Under the pieces are notes generated by a model. That model was not told the DNA's origin. It made no database searches and saw only the letters and a list, made by a program, of their open reading frames with translations. 64,000 nucleotides of DNA from Limisphaerales bacterium (GTDB lineage: Bacteria; Verrucomicrobiota; Verrucomicrobiia; Limisphaerales; UBA11358): NCBI GenBank assembly GCA_003134375.1, contig PLAY01000176.1:48254-112253 (forward strand), given 5' to 3'. The translations under genes and the position numbers were made by a program. Positions 25,901 through 33,659 of this stretch are shown here, piece after piece. Every line of letters begins with the position of its first letter. Within the stretch, counting starts at the first letter, position 1.

Positions 25901-28900
25901 GGATTCGTCACACAATCCACCCTTTATACCGGCACTGGCGACCCGAATGTGGTCAATACTTTCTTCTACAATGAGCGTGGGCAAATGGTGAATCAGGTAG
26001 ATGCTTTGGGGGCGGACAAGTTCTTTGATTATGACGCACTCAACCGGCCAACCGAACAGGAAAACTTCGACGAATTCGGTAATGCGCTGTCGTGGGGCTT
26101 TAATTATTACAATGACAATGGCGAACTGACTTGGGTGGATGGCCCGCGTTACAACCCCGAAGACTATGTGTTTTACGATTACGACGGCATGGGCCGCCGC
26201 TCGACGGAAATCCACTGGCGTTCGGAGGCCAAAAGCGATGGCAGCGGCGTCGAAGCCCCTGCCGGTTACAATCAATACGCCCAAAGTTTTTATCAATACG
26301 ACCCGCTTGGAAACCTGACGCTGGCTGTTGATCCGCGTGGCGCGATGACGACCAATTCTTGGGATGCCCTGTGCCGGTTGGTGCAGACCAAGCATCTTGA
26401 CGTGGATGGCGTCACCGTCTTGAGCACGGAAGGATTCAGTTATGAGCCGGGTGGATTGGTGCAGACGCATACCAACGGACTTGGCGGAGTTGCTGTCGCA
26501 CTTTATACTGACACCGGCAAACCAGAGTATCGCAGCAATTCCGATGGCTCGACAAACGCTTGGCGTTACTACCTTGACGGACGAGTAAATAAAGAGATTC
26601 AGGGCAACGGAGCTTACTGGCAGATTACTTATGATGATGTGAATAGAATTACCACCCGCATCTTCTATTCCGCCGCAGGCGTTCCAGAAGCGACTAATTC
26701 CATTCAACTTGACCGGCGTGGAAATGTGGTTCAACAAGTGGATGCCGGGGGCAATGTGTTCACCGCCACTTATGACGATTTGGACAGAGCCAAAGTCGTT
26801 GCCGGGCCAGCCATCGTTACGGTAAATAGCATAGTCACATTCCCAGGCGACCCGCCCACTTATGTCACCAACGTGCTGCAACAAGTCGGCACTTATTTCT
26901 ATGATGCTGCCGGACGCTTAATGACGAACATCAACGCACTCGGTGAAAGCACTATTACTACAAAGGATGCCTTGGGGCGCGTCACCAGTAACCGCATTTA
27001 CAGTTCTTCCGGCGCGCTTGTGCGCGAGAAATACATGACTTACTCGCCCGACCATAACAGCGTTACCACCACTGACGGTTCAGGTGCTTCAGCCATCGTC
27101 AACACAACCTATACTGACAACAACGGACACACAGTTCTGTCAGTTGCCTACCCATCTGTAAATGCGACTGAATTCACCTTGAATCAATATGACCTAGCCG
27201 GAAACCTCGCTTCAGCACAGCACGATTCTTCGGCTAGTGGCACACTCACAACTTGGACGACTGCAAGCCTTACTTACGATGGCCTAAACCGACCCATTGG
27301 CAAGATTGACCGCGACAACGCGCTTACCATATATGGGTATGACCCAATGGGCGACGTGACTAACCGCACCATGCCGGGTGGATTACAGTGGCAGGCGACC
27401 TACAATAACTCCGGCCAGATGTTGCAGGAGCAAAACTATGGCAACGGCAGCACCACCCGCACCACAACTTATAGCTACTACTCCAGCGGGAACCCGTTCG
27501 CCGGATTGCTTCAGACAAAGACTGATGGGCGGAGTGTTAGTTGCACTTACAGTTATGATGACTGGTTGCGCCCCACCAACATGGCTTACAGTGGTTCGTT
27601 GCCGGAGCAGAACCTGACGACCACTTGGCAATACGAGCCGCGAGGTCTTGTCACCGGCATCATTGAGCAGTTCGCCAGCACCAATACCGGCCCGGCAACA
27701 AGTATATCACGTTCTTTCGATCCTTATGGGCAACTGGCATCGGAATCTGTCAACGGTGGCTCATTCTCCTACGGAACGAGCCAGAGTTGGGACGCAGCCG
27801 GAAGACGCACCCAGTTGGGACTTGGCTATGGCTTCACTTGGCGGGCGGATGGCGCTCTGACATCGGCCAGCGATTCGACTGGCAGCGGCAGTTATGGTTA
27901 CGATACTGCCGGATTGCTGACCAACCGCTTGGTTGGCAACCGCACGACTGCCATCACATCCCGCGATGGCGAGGGGCGTCCGTTGTCCATCACTACCGCA
28001 GTCAATCTACTGACGCAACTGACTGAATCTCTTTCATGGTCGGGCGATGGATTGCTGGCCTCGCATACTTTGGCGCGCACCGACTTTACCGATTCGCGCT
28101 CGTATGCTTACGCCAGCCAAAGCCGCCGATTGGTTCAGGAACAACTCAACTTGAACGGCAGTGCCACTTGGACAAATACATTGAGTTATGACAACGGTGC
28201 TGGCTCTGGCCCAGGTGTTCTAACTCAAATGGGACAGGCCAACAGCACAGCCAACTTGTGGAATGGCCTTGCTGATTCGTTCTCACGCATCAGCGCGGAA
28301 ACCAACAACACCTTCCAGTATGCGGCCTACGGCCACGTCAACGGCCAAGCGACCGTCAACGCCTTTTTAGACAACCAGCCAATCCCTGTTACTGCCGTTG
28401 GGACAAATGCGATGCAATGGCGCGCGATGATGGAACTTTCGCCCGGCACGCATCAATTAAGCGTCAGTGCATTGCATCCGAGCGGGCAATTCACCGCATG
28501 GACGACGAACGCATTTACAAACAACATCGCTTATCAAACAACGGCGGATTCATTCGACAGTGCGGGTAATGTCACACAGCGCATTTGGAAAAATCCGAAC
28601 GGCACAACCAACCGCACCCAAACACTTTCTTGGGATGCGCGTGGACGGCTGCATGAAGTTAGTGAACGCGACAGTAGCAACAGCGGTTATGATTGGACAG
28701 TAACCTATGACGGATTGAATCGCCGGTTGCAGACGACAACCGCTTCCATCACCAACGGAATTGCCCTAACCGTGCCGCCGACAACCATCAATTCCTATTA
28801 CGATCCGCAAGTCGAGTTTCTGGAACTTGGAGTTTCCTACGGAACAAAAACCGTTTGGAAACTTTACGGCCCGGATTTGAACGGTCTATACGGCGGACTC

Positions 28901-30088
28901 AACGGCACTGGCGGATATGAAGCCGATTCGCCAAAACTTAATTTGTTCAATCCGACCATCAGCGATTTTCGCGGCAACATTCTTGGCTATTACAGTGCGT
29001 CGCAGGGCAGCAACGTATGGAATACCGCGCGTCCCACAGGTTTCGGAGCAGTGCCGGGCTATCGGCCAACGGCTTTGGCCAACGGCGCAAATATGCCGCA
29101 GTCGTCAGCATGGCGTGGACACTGGGTTGACATCACCGGCTATTACAACATCGGGATGCGTCCTTACGACCCGATTTCAGGACGCTGGCTCTCTGGCGAC
29201 CCGGCTTGGAACGAGCGCGATCCAAACTACTATACGTTTGCCGGTGGCGACCCCATCAATGGCTTTGACCGCGATGGAAGAATGTCCCGTAGTGATTATG
29301 GCAATGGGCTGTTTAGTCCCGCGAATGAAGGCATCACATGGAAATGGACTTTGATGCCAGCACCCTATCTAGGTTACACCGTAACGCTGATAAATGGCCC
29401 AAGTGATATGGGTGATGCAAGCCCCACCCGGTCTGTCGGCTCCACCGTGGCCAACGCCGTGTGGAATACTGACCTGTTGGATCAAAGCTGGGATGAATGG
29501 CAGCATCGGGATTTCAGCACAGGCATCGGAGCCGCAACGGCCATTACGGCAGGCGTTGGTTTAGTTTTTGGCGGCGCAGACGCGGTAGCCAACTCCATTC
29601 CCATAGTTGGCACTGGCAAGGCGTTGGTTGAAAATGCAGTTAAAGTAGGAGTCAAAGAAATTGCAGGCATCGGAAGCAAAACTGCCACCGAAGCAGCTGC
29701 AAGAACTGGAGAAGATTGGTTTGCATTTTATATGAAACAGGCTCAAACTGTGGATGTTTCTACCGCAAGAAATGAGGCCGTCTTTTATTCTGGTGAAGGG
29801 AATCAAGCGTTAGCCAGCGAATTTGCCGTAGCAAATGAAAAAAAGACAATCGAAATGACACCCGGAGGGAATTGGATGAACGCCGAAGAATTATACAGCC
29901 CTTACAGTCCATTAACAGGAGATCAGGCGGAGCAAGTTTGGTCAGTTCTTTCAGAAAGATTTGCCAATGGTGCAACAGGAAGTGCTGTTGGTTTTGTTAA
30001 TGGAGCTAGGGCAAATGGTGTTTTTAATACTATTGAATCCCCTGCGCTTTTCAAAAACCAAGTCAATCTAATCACAGGAGGTTACTAA
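19994..30088 (+). CDS. Giant Rhs/YD-repeat polymorphic toxin (3364 aa) with signal peptide, Calx-beta-like repeats, transglutaminase-like core, Rhs cocoon and variable C-terminal toxin
   Basis: Signal peptide LLTICINSAFATA. Calx-beta-like segments VTYTVSGTAVNGTDYTV and LSVGGTAVAGSDYIPL. Transglutaminase-like QCALLVYLLRQAGVPAVY. Rhs entry GDPVNNITGEFYVSETDLQLPG, followed by dozens of YDxxGxL repeats. Core end YYNIGMRPYDPISGRWLSGDP...GGDPINGFDRDG. Confidence 0.95.
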   Translation: MNSHLKFTKKSLWKIATTLSLLTICINSAFATAEQTYLTASSYTATSGGGSISGSATVASDSSSSCSSFDTTWENHFSSSQVWCLNLNGTGTHPITSSDVNFGVNIACPNPNVVTFPASGGTETEGFSISCTNAALDYDKTGTLSINSDCTALTSGHASASVTIYNMGSVMNAVFVSGGANYSNWIMTKGDGNQSVTFRIVRGDTVNARTVTYTVSGTAVNGTDYTVSPSLSGSVTINAGSSNADFTISISGASSLVSPKTLTITLQSGYYQIGNASATLTIVQDVPVISVAAPGQYDSQNGLYAGQFTLTRSGELTNSVTANLSVGGTAVAGSDYIPLPTSVTFAANQTSTNLYVVTTNANLTYAKTIVLSLNNSSSYFQGLTTNATVTILPNGSTTNSVPSPTGMYWRGSGSDPTYWSQVIPLEYETGTVYSNLNGNCSVLYPGLSSWSSQTLYHYNATNSSPQTNTANRIAFNNPIVAFGERVGGTPLYYSQPYSFGIYAGDPIPSNQPVVIQAYYRTNFQLAGTVSLYPPTLSNTNLWNTYMTNGFQLITNAYGLTTILAGIPNLYWGENSRGAFMLTHTASTQATNYFYVVGVAGNPADISNPMVINASGQMTNSLLYSLEFEQRPPWRSAFLDQPHFNGSPLPPFYAGDTLSEMLTNTPSVTNAVSFSLSTATNLDNSPELRRHPVLDNFVASMGNDPIALANYVINQIGLTDPMDVNDNGNVAENSINPPGVTRGALGTFLEKQGSPIEQCALLVYLLRQAGVPAVYEFAPHNGMQILDARLSQMLKFQVHGDINEAGQLYTTNTMIAVNYPWVAAYIGTNWVHIFPWMKDYRINEGLNLFDEMPTNYSNSYEWVHDYIYGNTNLMSLAVDNDNTMRVIFPRYLQQTLLQNHPGVSVDDIGVKIINRQHYYARWQDFPTPTWVTNVSTPIENLSSSSITNINPALTNVFDTMSVEIYSLNDPTKDIKTGDMRLVDLHNREFYINQSVVSGNVQLNLILMPFRTNITSQFAFSNDTNLLSKEVLTLNFDSNDYSLGVRFKYHRHRAITPSYAIDPTLTFLGLNGYNEIDIERPLRVGDQAAICLDYGQVTRDMLNVHAADLWQMQSLLNASPSQAGSQSPDVYEGALMYLAGMSYYEKVSEFDQMNQQWQKFDQLSVFAAGLSKIVPARDSSGNLSNGTDPILPCVDMFFYETMVAGNGTLHPDSGQNYTMSEWNYNLFGIVDGSAEEHQVINRFYQQTNAVSTIRLLQLAQSRGMGIVALNVYNYAAQGTTNYQGKQLQSWDSSMWSQVTSDLKNSSTYGYVTVFMTPGPVTNSAYKGMGALILNPYDYEALITPNSMNGGFAGQNLPANTVEAANTPNYNVSDNNNDYSAALNQPANNTTTVPDEIASYDAPSVASQVGNDVVDQFTTVWAAGVSQQLGTTAGTSSSALSADILASEQTGSLGTPNDPSQAGAQVGDPVNNITGEFYVSETDLQLPGPIPLVLHRNYSSQNIADNQFGRGWKLNIMPYLSLSKNSTNIYAADMDGAVLAYVHSTNGATTNMWFPTQAANPQLQNNTTAGAGGLVNRLRDYIQRSVNGSITNYTLYGADGSVRVFQYMKFNSGAVTNARPYLLQWTDNRGNYYTFTYDTNSADANFGQMQRIQCSNGNFLGFDYDVYGHIIDAYTGDGRWMYYYYDDYGDLVSVTLPDGSTRSYQYQHANQSVTGGTNIYSTHLLIEEDKPDGRELVNAYDSQRRVTNQLSTAGLDLNPIRTATFTYSNNYVFTNSWTNTISGYTLVVDGNNHTNRYDYTNNLITQITDPLGQTIQQVWFTTNTNAVGYYARSVSQRTDKRGLVSQYQYDSYGNVTNTIVTGDLTGDGITSQTATNTAIYSTNCLPVQTTDPVGNSMVTVYDPTFTFMPQQVIRYAGATPVSTDFMFYGNATNVIVNGNITQTNRAFGVLTRLVRAYGSTDAATNDLAYDGHGFVTQSTLYTGTGDPNVVNTFFYNERGQMVNQVDALGADKFFDYDALNRPTEQENFDEFGNALSWGFNYYNDNGELTWVDGPRYNPEDYVFYDYDGMGRRSTEIHWRSEAKSDGSGVEAPAGYNQYAQSFYQYDPLGNLTLAVDPRGAMTTNSWDALCRLVQTKHLDVDGVTVLSTEGFSYEPGGLVQTHTNGLGGVAVALYTDTGKPEYRSNSDGSTNAWRYYLDGRVNKEIQGNGAYWQITYDDVNRITTRIFYSAAGVPEATNSIQLDRRGNVVQQVDAGGNVFTATYDDLDRAKVVAGPAIVTVNSIVTFPGDPPTYVTNVLQQVGTYFYDAAGRLMTNINALGESTITTKDALGRVTSNRIYSSSGALVREKYMTYSPDHNSVTTTDGSGASAIVNTTYTDNNGHTVLSVAYPSVNATEFTLNQYDLAGNLASAQHDSSASGTLTTWTTASLTYDGLNRPIGKIDRDNALTIYGYDPMGDVTNRTMPGGLQWQATYNNSGQMLQEQNYGNGSTTRTTTYSYYSSGNPFAGLLQTKTDGRSVSCTYSYDDWLRPTNMAYSGSLPEQNLTTTWQYEPRGLVTGIIEQFASTNTGPATSISRSFDPYGQLASESVNGGSFSYGTSQSWDAAGRRTQLGLGYGFTWRADGALTSASDSTGSGSYGYDTAGLLTNRLVGNRTTAITSRDGEGRPLSITTAVNLLTQLTESLSWSGDGLLASHTLARTDFTDSRSYAYASQSRRLVQEQLNLNGSATWTNTLSYDNGAGSGPGVLTQMGQANSTANLWNGLADSFSRISAETNNTFQYAAYGHVNGQATVNAFLDNQPIPVTAVGTNAMQWRAMMELSPGTHQLSVSALHPSGQFTAWTTNAFTNNIAYQTTADSFDSAGNVTQRIWKNPNGTTNRTQTLSWDARGRLHEVSERDSSNSGYDWTVTYDGLNRRLQTTTASITNGIALTVPPTTINSYYDPQVEFLELGVSYGTKTVWKLYGPDLNGLYGGLNGTGGYEADSPKLNLFNPTISDFRGNILGYYSASQGSNVWNTARPTGFGAVPGYRPTALANGANMPQSSAWRGHWVDITGYYNIGMRPYDPISGRWLSGDPAWNERDPNYYTFAGGDPINGFDRDGRMSRSDYGNGLFSPANEGITWKWTLMPAPYLGYTVTLINGPSDMGDASPTRSVGSTVANAVWNTDLLDQSWDEWQHRDFSTGIGAATAITAGVGLVFGGADAVANSIPIVGTGKALVENAVKVGVKEIAGIGSKTATEAAARTGEDWFAFYMKQAQTVDVSTARNEAVFYSGEGNQALASEFAVANEKKTIEMTPGGNWMNAEELYSPYSPLTGDQAEQVWSVLSERFANGATGSAVGFVNGARANGVFNTIESPALFKNQVNLITGGY

Positions 30089-30384
30089 TGTTCACAAGTA
30101 TTAAGCCGCAAATAGCTCGGCATGATTCTGGATATATTGTCCAAAGTGGCGGAAAATATAGATTGCAGTATTTGGATAAAGATGTATTCGCGGAAATCAT
30201 GATTGATCGTGCGGCTATAACTGGCCTCTATCCTGAGTCCATGACTATCCGCAAGGGGGAAAAAGCGCCGTTAATAGCCCCCAATTTAGACGAGCAAGAA
30301 CTAATAATGGGCAGAATAATAAGTGCCTTGGGATTTTGGAAAATGAAATACGAAATTCTTAAAGGCAGACCGTATAACACCTGA
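30088..30384 (+). CDS. Candidate cognate immunity protein for the Rhs C-terminal toxin
   Basis: 98-aa ORF whose ATG overlaps the Rhs stop (TAATG). It lies in the same visibly A/T-richer tract as the toxin tip. Confidence 0.6.
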   Translation: MFTSIKPQIARHDSGYIVQSGGKYRLQYLDKDVFAEIMIDRAAITGLYPESMTIRKGEKAPLIAPNLDEQELIMGRIISALGFWKMKYEILKGRPYNT

Positions 30385-30481
30385 TTCAAACCATTCTCAA
30401 AAGAATGTTCAAGCGTATCGCGCCACAAAATTGGCGGTTGAATTCCGCCAACCTAAAGCCAAAACCTTATCCAGAACAATA

Positions 30482-30901
30482 ATGAAGATTGTTTATCGTG
30501 TTTTTCTTTGCATTGGGTTGGCTTGCGTGATCCCAGCACAAGCACAGCTTGCCGTCACAGTGTCATCGCCGAAAGTTGTCGGCCAAAAGGCCGTTGTGGA
30601 ATTGAAAATGACAAACGGTTTCCCCGAAAAAATTGAATCGGCCCGCGCAGTTTGTTTCTTGCTGGACGAACAGGGCAAAATGGCTGGCCAAGCCACCAAA
30701 TGGGTGATCGGCGGCACAAAAGACCGGGCAGCACTTGAATCAAAAGGCGAAACGACGTTCAATTTTGTCATCACCAGCAGCCAACCGTTTGCGACCACGA
30801 ATCTGACGGCAAATGTGAGTTTTTCCCGCGTGATTTTGAATGGCGGCAAGCCGGCGAACGTAATCAGAGACGTGAGCGTGACTGCACAATCGCAACATTG
30901 A
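30482..30901 (+). CDS. Secreted hypothetical protein
   Basis: Start at MKIVYRVFLCIGLACVIPAQAQ (signal peptide). 139 aa. Confidence 0.55.
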   Translation: MKIVYRVFLCIGLACVIPAQAQLAVTVSSPKVVGQKAVVELKMTNGFPEKIESARAVCFLLDEQGKMAGQATKWVIGGTKDRAALESKGETTFNFVITSSQPFATTNLTANVSFSRVILNGGKPANVIRDVSVTAQSQH

Positions 30902-30966
30902 AAAATTGCGTTTCCGCAAAAAATCCGGCAAAATCACCGGCCAAACAAATTGGAAATTTTTGTGGC

Positions 30967-32355
30967 ATGAAGTTTTTTTCTCGCATCCAAATGTTGCTGC
31001 TATTCGCGGTCGGGCTGATGGTCGCCTGTCCGCGAGCCGATGCACAGGGTTTCGGCCTTTCCGTAACAGCCTCGCCAAATCTTGTTGTCGGCACAAATTC
31101 CCTGACGTATGCCATCAACCTGACCAACCAGACGGGCATTCTGTTGACGAATGTTTTTGTGACCAACACGTTTTCAGCCGGGGTGACGCTCATCAGCGCC
31201 ACCAACAGCCAGGGAAGCAACAGCATCGTTTCATCCAGCCTCGTTTTCAGCCTCGGCGCAATCACCAACGGCAATTCTGCGAAAATGTCCGCGACCATCC
31301 AAACGACGACGATTGGATTTCTAACGAACACGGTTGTTGCCGCCGCCACCGGCGTAACAAACACCGCTTCCACAAACATCGTGACCCAAGTTGTCAGTTC
31401 GCAATCTGATCTTGGTGTTCAAATCGTCCCGCCAGTGCAGGCAGTCATCACCAACGATTTGACGACATACGAAGTGGTTGTGAACAATTACGGGCCGGGT
31501 TCTGCGTCCAATGTCGCATTGACAAACACGCTGCCCGTCGGAGTAATTTTGAAAAGCGCAAGCCAAAGCTACACCGTCAGCAGTAGCAATCTGATTTTCA
31601 ATCTCGGCACGCTGGCAAGCGGCGGCTCTGCCAATGTGCAGTTCGCGATTCAGCCCACCAATGCGGGTGTGTTGACATTTTCTGCATCCGTCGGCGCACC
31701 GGGACTGCTTGATCCAAACCCTACCAACAATGTAGCCAGCACGAACATCACCATCATCGGTTATCTTTCCGGCACGCTCATTGCAGTCACCAATTCCCCG
31801 CAATCCATCAATCTGCAAAACGGACTCACGGAACAATCCATTTTGCTTTCAAACATCGGCTTAACCGATGTTGCTGCCGCGCGGGTTGTCGTGACCGGCT
31901 TGACCAATCAGTTGTTTAACGCCGTTGGCACGAACAACGGCAGTCCGTTTGTTTATTACAGCAGGACATTGGCGGCAGGGAAAAGCGTGAACTTATTGCT
32001 TCAATACAATCCAAGAGGCTTTTTTCCATTCACAAACGGACAACTACACGCCTTCGCCGTGCCGCTGCCAAATTGGACTCCACCGAAGGCAACGGCCACC
32101 AGCACGAACCTAAACATCAGTCGCATCGTCAGGCTGCCCAGCGGCAATATGCTAATCGAATTTCCGTCCACATTGGGACAGGCTTACACGGTGGTTTATA
32201 GCGACAATGTTTTGTTTTCAAACGCCATGATTGCGCCGCCATCCGTCATTGCTCCCGCAGATCGTGTGCAGTGGATTGATTACGGCCCGCCAACAACGGT
32301 GAGCGCACCAACGAACAGCAATGCGCGTTTTTATCGCGTGTTCCAAAACCCGTAA
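30967..32355 (+). CDS. Secreted DUF11-type (conserved repeat domain) protein
   Basis: Signal peptide MKFFSRIQMLLLFAVGLMVACPRADA. Repeats such as LTYAINLTNQTG and YEVVVNNYGPGSASNVALTNTLPVGV. Confidence 0.65.
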   Translation: MKFFSRIQMLLLFAVGLMVACPRADAQGFGLSVTASPNLVVGTNSLTYAINLTNQTGILLTNVFVTNTFSAGVTLISATNSQGSNSIVSSSLVFSLGAITNGNSAKMSATIQTTTIGFLTNTVVAAATGVTNTASTNIVTQVVSSQSDLGVQIVPPVQAVITNDLTTYEVVVNNYGPGSASNVALTNTLPVGVILKSASQSYTVSSSNLIFNLGTLASGGSANVQFAIQPTNAGVLTFSASVGAPGLLDPNPTNNVASTNITIIGYLSGTLIAVTNSPQSINLQNGLTEQSILLSNIGLTDVAAARVVVTGLTNQLFNAVGTNNGSPFVYYSRTLAAGKSVNLLLQYNPRGFFPFTNGQLHAFAVPLPNWTPPKATATSTNLNISRIVRLPSGNMLIEFPSTLGQAYTVVYSDNVLFSNAMIAPPSVIAPADRVQWIDYGPPTTVSAPTNSNARFYRVFQNP

Positions 32356-32359
32356 CGTC

Positions 32360-33472
32360 ATGCAAACGCTGAAACATCGCCTTCTGAAAAACGGCTGTTC
32401 TCACAGCCTGTTTGCATGGAGTTTGGCTTGCTTTCTCGCGGGCATTGCGCCGAATTGCATGGCGCAAACGAATGCCGACGCACAGTTTGATTCGAGTGGC
32501 TTTGTATTGATCCGCCCTGGAGATGATTGGACGCGCCATTTCCACGTCGGCGCAATGGTTGGAATGAACATTGGAGCCAGTTTCCATGAAAATGGATTAT
32601 TCAAGATTTCTGGAAACAATGCCGCGAACGGGATTTACGATGATGGCTATGTCCGCGAGGATCAGACTGGCAATGCCGGAGGTTACACAGGTTATTGGGG
32701 ATACAACAACGCTTCCCAATATAATGCAGCCGCGCAGACCCTGACCTTTCATAGCGCGTCATCCTATTCAACATCTGGCGGTGCAAATGTGGACGGCAAT
32801 CCATCTGTCGGATTCGATTTGGCCTATGGTGATGATTATGTTTATTGGAAAGATGCCCATGCCCGCATCGGTTGGGAACTTGGTTTTGACTTGCTGCCAA
32901 TAAGCATCACTGATAGTCATCCCATGTCGGCGACCGTCAATCAATCGCTTTACACTTTCAACACTGGCGGAATTGTTGTGCCAGGTGCGCCCTATCATGG
33001 CGGTTCAAGCGGGCAAGGGCCGCTTCTGCCCGGCTCCCCTTCGTCCGTGACCAGCCAGACATTCACGACCGGGACAGTAACCGGCACACGCTCGTTGGAC
33101 GTGATGCTTTATACTATCAGACTGGGGCCATCATTTTTTTGGGATATAACTGAAAATCTAGGTTTATCTGTGAGCGCAGGGCCGGTTATCGGTGTTGCAT
33201 CCGGCGATTACAAATACGATGAAATTATCACTACCGGCAATTCCAGCGCACATAATTCAGGCAGCTTTGCGGGGACTGACGTTATCTACGGTGGCTATGT
33301 GAACGCGACGTTGAAGTATCATGTCGTGGACAATGGCAGAGATGCCTATTTCTATATTGGCGCACAATACACGCCGATGGGGTCTGCCACATTCAGCAAT
33401 GGAGGCCGTTCAGGACAATTGAATTTGGATGGACAAGTTTATTTATCGGCAGGCATCGGTTGGCCATTTTGA
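32360..33472 (+). CDS. Outer-membrane beta-barrel-like protein
   Basis: Signal peptide (AWSLACFLAGIAPNCMAQ), alternating aromatic/Gly-rich strands and a C-terminal ...SAGIGWPF ending in Phe. Confidence 0.6.
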   Translation: MQTLKHRLLKNGCSHSLFAWSLACFLAGIAPNCMAQTNADAQFDSSGFVLIRPGDDWTRHFHVGAMVGMNIGASFHENGLFKISGNNAANGIYDDGYVREDQTGNAGGYTGYWGYNNASQYNAAAQTLTFHSASSYSTSGGANVDGNPSVGFDLAYGDDYVYWKDAHARIGWELGFDLLPISITDSHPMSATVNQSLYTFNTGGIVVPGAPYHGGSSGQGPLLPGSPSSVTSQTFTTGTVTGTRSLDVMLYTIRLGPSFFWDITENLGLSVSAGPVIGVASGDYKYDEIITTGNSSAHNSGSFAGTDVIYGGYVNATLKYHVVDNGRDAYFYIGAQYTPMGSATFSNGGRSGQLNLDGQVYLSAGIGWPF

Positions 33473-33659
33473 GTTTTTGTGGGTCAAATCAGCCCAAATG
33501 TTATTTGCAATCATTCAAAAACTGGTGAAAGTTTTCTAAAGCAGAGGATAAGGTAATTTTTTGAAACCCATCGAAGTTTGGGGGCGCTTCAGGTTGAATA
33601 AATCATCCTGCACCAGCGCAAACGATAGTGATGCTGGCATAAACATAAATCCGCGAATC

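Noticed and set aside
22286-26884. Several long minus-strand ORFs inside the Rhs gene (22286-22945, 24260-24991, 25883-26884)
   Set aside because: They lie opposite an uninterrupted 10-kb ORF with unmistakable YD-repeat periodicity. They are antisense artefacts of the repeat composition.
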